Positions 16,026 to 23,584 of a stretch of DNA of 32,000 bases are shown piece after piece. The stretch is from Mycolicibacterium smegmatis (GTDB lineage: Bacteria; Actinomycetota; Actinomycetes; Mycobacteriales; Mycobacteriaceae). Where the stretch lies: contig NZ_LN831039.1 in assembly GCF_001457595.1 (NCBI RefSeq), positions 1,620,001-1,652,000 on the forward strand, given 5' to 3'. Numbering within the stretch: position 1 is the first letter of the stretch; each line of letters starts with the position of its first letter. Position numbers and translations under genes: made by a program. Under the pieces are notes generated by a model. That model did not search any database. It was given only the letters and a program-made list of their open reading frames with translations, and was not told the origin of the DNA.

Positions 16026-16446
16026 GCAGACCGGCGCACCGGCGCCGCAGGGCGACTACCGGCCCGCGCTGTTGCATGACGGTGTCGTCTACACCGCGGG
16101 CATGACACCGCGCCGCGACGGTGAACTCGTGCTGCGCGGCGTCGTCGGGGTCACGGTGTCGGCCGGGCAGGCCTTCGACGCGGCCGGCATCGCCGCGGGC
16201 AACGCGCTGGCCGCGGCACGCTCGGTGCTGCCCGACGGTGCAACGGATGTCCGCTGCCTGCGCATGACCGTGTACATCGCGTGCGCTCAGTCGTTTCACG
16301 AGCTCTCCGCTGTGGCCGACGGTGCCTCGGCCGCGCTGGGCGCTGAGCTCGGCGGATCAGGCGTTCCGGTGCGCGCGGCCATCGGCGTGCAGACCCTGCC
16401 GTCGGGTGCGCCCGTCGAGGTGGATCTCATCGCTGCGGTGGTGTAG
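16015..16446 (+). CDS. RidA/YjgF/L-PSP-family protein (reactive enamine/imine deaminase family)
   Basis: Start placed at GTG 16015 (VSSEQTGAPAPQGDYRPALLHDGVVYTAGMTPR), with GAAGGGA 9 nt upstream and an 11-nt overlap with the GGT-family gene. Size of about 143 aa and the N-terminal Y..A...G.....G pattern fit the family. Confidence 0.7.
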   Translation: MSSEQTGAPAPQGDYRPALLHDGVVYTAGMTPRRDGELVLRGVVGVTVSAGQAFDAAGIAAGNALAAARSVLPDGATDVRCLRMTVYIACAQSFHELSAVADGASAALGAELGGSGVPVRAAIGVQTLPSGAPVEVDLIAAVV

Positions 16447-16514
16447 GTGCGGTTGTTCTGGTTGGCGGGTGTGAAAAGAAAAGGGGCACAGTGCACATGG
16501 ATCGGCAGCAACCA

Positions 16515-16530
16515 TGTGCGGTTTGACGCC
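16515..16530 (+). promoter_or_regulatory. Island box copy 4: TGTGCGGTTTGACGCC
   Basis: Exact TGTGC-N3-TTGAC, 97 nt upstream of the permease 2 start. It is preceded by ACAGTGCACA (16488-16497), which resembles the inverted-repeat arms at 6168-6205. Confidence 0.55.
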
Positions 16531-16619
16531 GGTGTCTTCCGGCAAATCGGTCGAATTGCGGAAAATGGTGAGCACCTTAGGGTTACATGAATTCAAGGTA
16601 GCCAGGCAGTTCTAGTCGA

Positions 16620-18140
16620 TTGGATGTGAACGCGGTGTCCGCAGCTCATTGGGTGTACCTGCTCGGTCTTGTGGTGTTGATCGGCACAGTGGTGGCCAAG
16701 AAGAACGTCATCGCGCCTGCGCTCATCGCCACATTCCTCACCGGATGGGTCTACCAGGGCAGCGTGACCACCGGGCTGGGAGCCATCTTCAACGCCGCGA
16801 TCGCCGGAACCCGCGAGTTACTGCCGATTTTCATCATCATCGCCCTCGTCACCGCGATGCTCGGTGCCATGCGTGCGCTGGGCTCCGACGCCATCATGAT
16901 CCGTCCGCTGCGCGGGTTGTTCCGCAACGGGCACATCTCCTACGTGTTGCTCGCTGTCGTGACGTTCCTTCTGTCGCTGGCGTTCTGGCCGACACCCGTG
17001 CTGCCGCTGATCGCGGCGATCCTGCTCCCGGCCGCCGTCCGCGCCGGCCTACCGCTGCTCGGCGCCGCACTCGCGATCGCCATCGCAGGCCAGGGCATGG
17101 CGCTGAGTTCGGACTACATCATGGGCGTGGCGCCTGCGCTCTCGGCCGAGGGCGCCGACGTTCCGGCCCGGTTGATCGCCGACCGTGCGACGGTCATCGC
17201 CCTGATCGCGGGCGCCGTGGCCTTGGCGATCGTGTATCTTCGCGACGTGCGCACCAAGGTGCGTGCCCCGGGCGATGGTGACGACATCGGTTCGGCTGCT
17301 TCGGGTTTCGCGCAGGATCCCGACTCGCCGGAGCCGAGTTCCGGCCCGATCGCCGGGCCTGGTGGTCAGGCAGACGGCGGCGCCTTGGCCACCCTCAGCG
17401 CGCCTGCGGCGACCGACGTCGAAGCGGCTCCGGGGCGCAAGGCCCTGCTGATCGCTGTCGCAGTGCCCGCACTGTTCGCCGGCCTGCTCGTCTTCATGCT
17501 CCTCGGGCGGTTCACCACGGTCATCCCCGACATCGACGAAGGTCTCGGCGCTCCGCTGGTTGGCGGCACCGCTGCTCTCGCGCTCGTGGCAATCGCTCTG
17601 ATCAGCAACCGCAAACGCTGGCTCGACGACGTCGGCGAGCACTTCACCGAAGGCATCGGCTTCTCGTTCCGCACCATGGGCATGGTCATCCCGGTCGCGG
17701 GATTCGTCTACATCGGCCTGGCCGACTACTCCGCGGGCATCCTGGGCCTGCCGGAAGGCGCCGAGGCGCCGGCCTTCTTGTTCGACGCCGTCGGCGCGGT
17801 ACAGGACCACATCCCGGCGGCCCCGGCCTTCGCGGCCTTCGCGATGTTGATCGTCGGCATGCTGATCGGGCTGGACGGCAACGGCTGGCCCGGTCTCCCG
17901 TTCACGGGTTCGCTGGCGTCGACTCTCGGGGACGGGACGTCCGACGTCGCCACCTTGGCGGCGATCGCGCAGAACGGTGCCAGCTGGACCGGGGGCGGCA
18001 CGCTGGTGATCTGGTCGTCACTGATCGTCGTCGCGGGTCTTACCGGGGTGTCGGTGATGGACCTGGCCCGACGCCTGTTCATCCCGGTCGTCACAGGACT
18101 TGTGGTGGCCACCGGCATCGCGACGGTGGTGCTGCTGTGA
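16620..18140 (+). CDS. Polytopic permease, paralogue 2 (same family as 4455..6083)
   Basis: 506 aa. TTG start at 16620; in-frame GTG 16626 is an alternative. It has the same two-half architecture as permease 1, with a divergent acidic/Pro-rich central loop (GDGDDIGSAASGFAQDPDSPEPSSGPIAGPGGQADGG). The stop overlaps the amidase start (GTGA at 18137-18140). Confidence 0.8.
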   Translation: MDVNAVSAAHWVYLLGLVVLIGTVVAKKNVIAPALIATFLTGWVYQGSVTTGLGAIFNAAIAGTRELLPIFIIIALVTAMLGAMRALGSDAIMIRPLRGLFRNGHISYVLLAVVTFLLSLAFWPTPVLPLIAAILLPAAVRAGLPLLGAALAIAIAGQGMALSSDYIMGVAPALSAEGADVPARLIADRATVIALIAGAVALAIVYLRDVRTKVRAPGDGDDIGSAASGFAQDPDSPEPSSGPIAGPGGQADGGALATLSAPAATDVEAAPGRKALLIAVAVPALFAGLLVFMLLGRFTTVIPDIDEGLGAPLVGGTAALALVAIALISNRKRWLDDVGEHFTEGIGFSFRTMGMVIPVAGFVYIGLADYSAGILGLPEGAEAPAFLFDAVGAVQDHIPAAPAFAAFAMLIVGMLIGLDGNGWPGLPFTGSLASTLGDGTSDVATLAAIAQNGASWTGGGTLVIWSSLIVVAGLTGVSVMDLARRLFIPVVTGLVVATGIATVVLL

Positions 18141-19636
18141 GCGAGGTGCACGCAGTGCCTGGTCGCACCGTCGCCGAGACGGCCGCCCTGGTGCGTTCGG
18201 GTGAGATGAGCGCCCACGCCGTCGTGCAGGAGGCCCTCGACCGGATCGAGGAGTGCGATGGTGCGCTCGGCGCGTTCGTCCACGTCGACGCCGAGGGCGC
18301 ACTGCAGCGGGCGAGCGCGGTCGACCGGCTGGTGGCAGACGGCATCGATCCCGGGCCGATGGCCGGAATCCCCTTGGGCGTCAAGGAACTTCATCCGGTG
18401 GACGGCTGGCCGTTCGCGATGGGCAGCACGCTGTACGCCGAGCGGATCGCCGACCACACCTGCACCCTGGTGCAACGTGCCGTCTCGGCGGGTGCGGTGC
18501 CCATCGGCGTGACGGCCTCACCGGAGTTCGGGCGGGCGTCTTTCACCGCGTCGGCCGTGCACGGCGTGACCCGCAATCCGTGGAATCTCGATCTCACCCC
18601 CGGCGGGTCGAGCGGGGGGTCGGCGGCCGCGGTGGCCGCGGGCATGGTGCCGATCGCTACGGGCACCGACGGTGCGGGCTCGTTGCGTATCCCGGCGTCG
18701 TACTGCGGTCTGGTGGGGTTCAAGGCCACATACGGCCTGGTCCCGCGCGGGCCCCGGCATGTCGGTGCGGCCGACAACGACCACTACGGCGTGCTCACAC
18801 GCACCGTGCGCGACACCGCCCGTTTTCTCGACTGCGTTTGTGGGATCGATCCGTTCGACCGGGCCTCACTGCCCGCGTCGACCCGGTTCGAAGACCACCT
18901 GACCGCCGATCTGCGTGGGCTTCGCGTCGCCTTCACACCCGATCTGGGCAATGCGCCCAGCGACACACAGGTCGTGGAGGTGGTGCGGACAGCGGCCGAG
19001 AAATTCGTCGCCGCCACCGGTGCCCAGTCGGTGCCCGCTCAAGTGTGCGTCGATCCGGACTGCGGCGCCGCCTACCGCACACTCTCGGCGCCCGACGTGC
19101 ACACACACCTACGTGATGCGCCGGCCGGGCGGAACATCCACCCGACGCTGCGCGGTTACCTGGACGCCGCGGGCGCCATGACCGCCGAGACGCTCGCCGA
19201 CGCCCACGAGGCACGCGCCCGTCTCGTCGCGACGATGGCCGAGGCATTCGAGCGTTTCGACCTGCTCCTGCTGCCCGCCACGCAGGTCCCGGCGTTCGCG
19301 GCCGAGGGTCCCATGCCCACCGAGATCGCGGGGCAGAAGGTGGACCACTGGGGTGCGTTGGCCGTGACCTTGCCGTTCAACCTGACCGGTCAGCCGGCCG
19401 TGTCGGTGCCGGCAGGCGTCGTCGGCGGTGCTCCGGTCGGCCTGCAGATCGTGGGCCGTCGTCACGCCGACGCACTGGTGCTCGCGGCCGCCTCGGCGGA
19501 TGCTGCGCTGACCTGCTGGTCGGACCGGTTCCGCGAATGTGAAACCGCTGCGAGAAAATGGCCGCTGGATCGCGCTGAGTTCACACTCGCGGCGCGGTTT
19601 CGCGTCAGGTTCACACTCGCGATCCCGGTCCGGTGA
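18137..19636 (+). CDS. Amidase-signature (AS) family amidase
   Basis: Contains the AS motif GGSSGGSAAAVAAGMVPIATGTDGAGSLRIPASYCGLVGFKATYG and the upstream lysine context IPLGVKE. The last 35 or so codons run through a repeat cluster (19532-19621), so the true C-terminus is uncertain. Confidence 0.88.
   Translation: MSEVHAVPGRTVAETAALVRSGEMSAHAVVQEALDRIEECDGALGAFVHVDAEGALQRASAVDRLVADGIDPGPMAGIPLGVKELHPVDGWPFAMGSTLYAERIADHTCTLVQRAVSAGAVPIGVTASPEFGRASFTASAVHGVTRNPWNLDLTPGGSSGGSAAAVAAGMVPIATGTDGAGSLRIPASYCGLVGFKATYGLVPRGPRHVGAADNDHYGVLTRTVRDTARFLDCVCGIDPFDRASLPASTRFEDHLTADLRGLRVAFTPDLGNAPSDTQVVEVVRTAAEKFVAATGAQSVPAQVCVDPDCGAAYRTLSAPDVHTHLRDAPAGRNIHPTLRGYLDAAGAMTAETLADAHEARARLVATMAEAFERFDLLLLPATQVPAFAAEGPMPTEIAGQKVDHWGALAVTLPFNLTGQPAVSVPAGVVGGAPVGLQIVGRRHADALVLAAASADAALTCWSDRFRECETAARKWPLDRAEFTLAARFRVRFTLAIPVR
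19532..19621. repeat. Nested direct and inverted 13-17 bp repeats at the island / ribosomal-operon junction
   Basis: GTTCACACTCGCG occurs twice in direct orientation (19579-19591 and 19609-19621, 30-bp period). CGCGAATGTGAAAC (19532-19545) is its near reverse complement. GAAACCGC (19541-19548) pairs with GCGGTTTC (19594-19601). Confidence 0.6.
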
Positions 19637-19655
19637 GGCCCGGTCGAGCAGCGAT

Positions 19656-19684
19656 TTGGAGCATTGGGCGAGCTCACCTAGTAT
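19656..19684 (+). promoter_or_regulatory. Candidate sigma-A-type promoter of the spc ribosomal operon
   Basis: TTGGAG (19656-19661), a 17-bp spacer, then TAGTAT (19679-19684). This would give a leader of about 135 nt before GTG 19826. Confidence 0.45.
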
Positions 19685-19825
19685 GTAGGGGTTGCCTTGG
19701 GCAGACCTTGGCTGGTTGATGCTGTTTTCGCAGACTCAGACAGCCTCGCGTGCCTTTAGGGGACAAAGACCGCGCACGTCCAGGTCGGTATCTGGCGTGC
19801 ATACAAAACCAGGTCAGGAGATCGA

Positions 19826-20194
19826 GTGATTCAGCAGGAATCGCGGTTGAAGGTCGCCGACAACACGGGCGCCAAGGAGATCTTGTGCATCCGCGTTCTC
19901 GGTGGCTCGTCGCGGCGCTACGCCGGAATCGGCGATGTCATCGTGGCGACCGTCAAGGACGCCATCCCGGGCGGCAACGTCAAGCGTGGCGATGTCGTCA
20001 AGGCCGTCGTGGTCCGCACCGTCAAGGAGCGGCGTCGTGCTGACGGCAGCTATATCAAGTTCGATGAGAACGCCGCCGTCATCATCAAGAACGACAACGA
20101 TCCGCGCGGCACGCGCATCTTCGGCCCCGTGGGCCGCGAACTGCGCGAGAAGAAGTTCATGAAGATCGTCTCGCTTGCCCCGGAGGTGCTGTAA
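19826..20194 (+). CDS. rplN: 50S ribosomal protein L14
   Basis: [27 protein letters not shown]... is the canonical L14 sequence. GTG start follows AGGAG. Confidence 0.98.
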
Positions 20195-20512
20195 ATGAAG
20201 GTGCACAAGGGTGACACCGTCCTGGTGATCTCTGGCAAGGACAAGGGCGCCAAGGGCAAGGTGCTGGTCGCCTACCCCGACCGCAACAAGGTCCTGGTCG
20301 AAGGCGTGAACCGGATCAAGAAGCACACCGCTGTCTCGGCCAACGAACGCGGCGCCTCGTCGGGTGGCATCGTCACCCAGGAAGCGCCCATCCACGTCTC
20401 GAACGTGATGGTGGTCGATTCCGACGGCAAGCCGACCCGTGTCGGATACCGCATTGACGACGAGACCGGCAAGAAGGTCCGCATCGCCAAGACCAACGGC
20501 AAGGACATCTGA
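20195..20512 (+). CDS. rplX: 50S ribosomal protein L24
   Basis: [24 protein letters not shown]... (KOW motif). The ATG directly follows the rplN TAA. Confidence 0.97.
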
Positions 20513-21075
20513 TGACTACCACTGAAAAGGCTCTGCCCCGGCTCAAGCAGCGCTACCGCGAAGAGATCCGCGAAGCGCTCCAGCAGGAGTTCAACTACGC
20601 CAACGTCATGCAGATCCCCGGCGTCGTCAAGGTCGTCGTCAACATGGGTGTCGGTGACGCCGCCCGCGACGCCAAGCTGATCAACGGTGCGATCAACGAC
20701 CTCGCGCTGATCACCGGCCAGAAGCCGGAGGTTCGCCGGGCCCGCAAGTCGATCGCGCAGTTCAAGCTGCGTGAAGGCATGCCGATCGGTGCGCGCGTCA
20801 CGCTGCGCGGCGACCGGATGTGGGAGTTCCTCGACCGGCTCATCTCGATCGCGCTGCCGCGTATCCGCGACTTCCGCGGTCTGTCGCCCAAGCAGTTCGA
20901 CGGCACGGGCAACTACACCTTCGGGCTGAACGAGCAGTCGATGTTCCACGAGATCGACGTGGACAGCATCGACCGGCCGCGCGGCATGGACATCACCGTC
21001 GTCACCACGGCGACGAACGACGCTGAAGGCCGCGCGCTGCTGCGGGCGCTGGGCTTCCCGTTCAAGGAGAACTGA
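20512..21075 (+). CDS. rplE: 50S ribosomal protein L5
   Basis: [38 protein letters not shown]... is L5. TGATG overlap with rplX. Confidence 0.97.
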
Positions 21076-21078
21076 GCT

Positions 21079-21264
21079 ATGGCAAAGAAGGCGCTGGTCC
21101 ACAAGGCCAACAAGAAGCCCAAGTTCGCGGTCCGCGCGTACACGCGGTGCAACAAGTGCGGTCGCCCGCACTCGGTCTACCGCAAGTTCGGGTTGTGCCG
21201 CATCTGCCTGCGCGAGATGGCGCACGCGGGTGAGCTCCCCGGCGTGCAGAAGTCCAGCTGGTAA
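21079..21264 (+). CDS. rpsN: 30S ribosomal protein S14, short zinc-binding type Z
   Basis: 61 aa with CNKC ... CRIC, i.e. two CxxC pairs, the zinc-ribbon form of S14. Confidence 0.96.
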
Positions 21265-21362
21265 CAGCTGCGCGGCGCGCACAACCCCATACAGACCCAA
21301 CCAAACAGATTGCGGCAGGCCCCTTATGAGGGAACCGTCGCGAGGAAGGTGAGCCGGTTGTC

Positions 21363-21761
21363 ATGACGATGACTGACCCGATCGCAGACTTCTTGACACG
21401 TCTGCGCAACGCCAATTCGGCGTATCACGATGAGGTGACTCTGCCCCACTCGAAGCTCAAGGCGAACATCGCCGAGATCTTGAAGCGTGAGGGCTACATC
21501 TCCGATTACCGCACCGAGGATGCTCGGGTCGGAAAGTCGCTGGTGGTGCAGCTCAAGTACGGCCCCAGCCGTGAGCGCAGCATCGCCGGCCTGCGACGGG
21601 TTTCCAAGCCCGGTCTGCGGGTCTACGCGAAATCCACCAACCTGCCCCGTGTGCTCGGCGGCCTCGGCGTGGCGATCATCTCCACGTCCTCCGGCCTGCT
21701 CACCGATCGCCAGGCAGCACGACAGGGCGTGGGCGGCGAAGTCCTCGCGTACGTGTGGTGA
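21363..21761 (+). CDS. rpsH: 30S ribosomal protein S8
   Basis: [25 protein letters not shown]... is canonical S8. Confidence 0.97.
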
Positions 21762-21775
21762 GAGGTAGATAAGAC

Positions 21776-22315
21776 ATGTCGCGTATTGGAAAGCAGCCGG
21801 TTCCGGTTCCCTCCGGGGTCGATGTGACCATCAACGGTCAGAATCTGTCGGTCAAGGGCCCCAAGGGCACCCTGACCCTGGACGTCGCAGAGCCCATCTC
21901 GGTCTCGCGTGCCGAGGACGGCGCCATCGTGGTGACCCGTCCCGACGATGAGCGGCGCAGCCGCAGCCTTCACGGGCTGTCGCGCACGCTGATCGCCAAC
22001 CTGGTGACCGGTGTCACCGAGGGGTACACGCAGAAGATGGAGATCTTCGGCGTCGGTTACCGCGTGCAGCTCAAGGGCCAGAACCTGGAGTTCGCGCTGG
22101 GCTACAGCCATCCCGTCCTGATCGAGGCGCCCGAGGGCATCACCTTCGCGGTGGAGTCGCCGACGAAGTTCTCGGTGTCGGGCATCGACAAGCAGAAAGT
22201 CGGACAGATCTCGGCGGTCATCCGTCGCCTGCGCCGTCCCGACCCGTACAAGGGCAAGGGCGTGCGTTACGAGGGTGAGCAGATCCGCCGCAAGGTCGGA
22301 AAGACAGGTAAGTAA
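21776..22315 (+). CDS. rplF: 50S ribosomal protein L6
   Basis: [33 protein letters not shown]... is canonical L6. Confidence 0.97.
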
Positions 22316-22318
22316 GCA

Positions 22319-22726
22319 ATGGCTACCAAGACTGAAGGCACCGTGGCTCACAAGCCGGTCGGCCAGAACATCTCCGAGGTTCGCCGCAACGCACGGCTGC
22401 GTCGCCACGCACGCCTGCGCAAGAAGGTCGCCGGCACCGCCGAGGTGCCCCGCCTGGTGGTGAACCGGTCGGCTCGCCACATCCACGTCCAGCTGGTCAA
22501 CGACCTCAACGGCACCACCTTGGCCGCGGCGTCGTCGATCGAGGCCGATGTGCGCGCCATCGATGGCGACAAGAAGGCCCACAGCGTTCGGGTCGGTCAG
22601 CTGATCGCCGAGCGTGCCAAGGCAGCCGGGGTCGAGACCGTCGTGTTCGACCGCGGTGGCTACACCTACGGCGGCCGCATCGCTGCGCTGGCAGACGCCG
22701 CGCGTGAGGCAGGGCTGAAATTCTGA
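22319..22726 (+). CDS. rplR: 50S ribosomal protein L18
   Basis: [35 protein letters not shown]...[26 protein letters not shown] is canonical L18. Confidence 0.97.
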
Positions 22727-22748
22727 TGACCGGCAACGAGAGGACTGC

Positions 22749-23396
22749 ATGATGGCCGAGCAGGCTGGCGCCGGTTCGGCGCAGGACAATCGCGGTGGCC
22801 GTGGCCGCCGTGACGACCGTGGCGGCCGTGGCCGCGACGGTGGTGACAAGAGCAACTACATCGAACGCGTGGTGTCGATCAACCGGGTTTCCAAGGTCGT
22901 CAAGGGCGGCCGCCGGTTCAGCTTCACCGCGCTGGTGATCGTCGGCGACGGCAAAGGCATGGTCGGCGTCGGTTACGGCAAGGCCAAGGAAGTTCCGGCC
23001 GCCATCGCCAAGGGTGTCGAAGAAGCTCGTAAGAACTTCTTCCGGGTGCCGCTCATCGGCAGCACCATCACCCACCCGGTTCAGGGCGAGGCCGCTGCCG
23101 GTGTCGTGATGCTGCGCCCGGCCAGCCCGGGTACCGGTGTGATCGCCGGCGGTGCCGCTCGTGCGGTGCTGGAGTGCGCGGGCGTGCACGACATCCTGGC
23201 CAAGTCGCTGGGCAGCGACAACGCGATCAACGTGGTTCACGCCACCGTTGCCGCGCTGAAGCTGCTGCAGCGGCCCGAGGAAGTGGCGGCCCGTCGCGGT
23301 CTGCCCATCGAGGACGTTGCGCCGGCCGGCATGCTGAAGGCCCGGCGCGAGAGCGAAGCGCTGGCCGCCGCGGCTGCGCGTGAGGGATCGGCATAA
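22749..23396 (+). CDS. rpsE: 30S ribosomal protein S5 with an Arg/Gly-rich N-terminal extension
   Basis: The S5 core reads [44 protein letters not shown]. The N-terminus is [24 protein letters not shown] 22749 or 22752. Confidence 0.96.
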
Positions 23397-23398
23397 CC

Positions 23399-23584
23399 AT
23401 GGCAGAGCTGAAGATCACCCAGGTGCGTAGCACCATCGGGGCGCGCTGGAAGCAGCGTGAGAGCCTGCGGACCCTGGGCCTCAAGAAGATCCGCCAGTCG
23501 GTGGTGCGTGAGGACAACGCCCAGACCCGTGGCCTCATCAATACCGTTCACCACCTCGTTGAAGTAGAGGAGGTTGGCAAGTGA
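23399..23584 (+). CDS. rpmD: 50S ribosomal protein L30
   Basis: [36 protein letters not shown]... is canonical L30. Confidence 0.96.

Noticed and set aside
6313-16528. Reading the conserved TTGAC of the island box simply as a sigma-A -35 hexamer
   Set aside because: The best -10-like hexamers (CATATT at 9632, GATTGT at 10203) lie 21 bp beyond the TTGACC hexamer. That spacer is too long for a standard promoter. The invariant TGTGC 3 nt upstream is better explained as part of a regulator site.
20272-22855. 342-aa (20272..21300) and 410-aa (21623..22855) minus-strand ORFs
   Set aside because: They are antisense to universally conserved ribosomal protein genes and have no motifs. These are high-GC artefacts.
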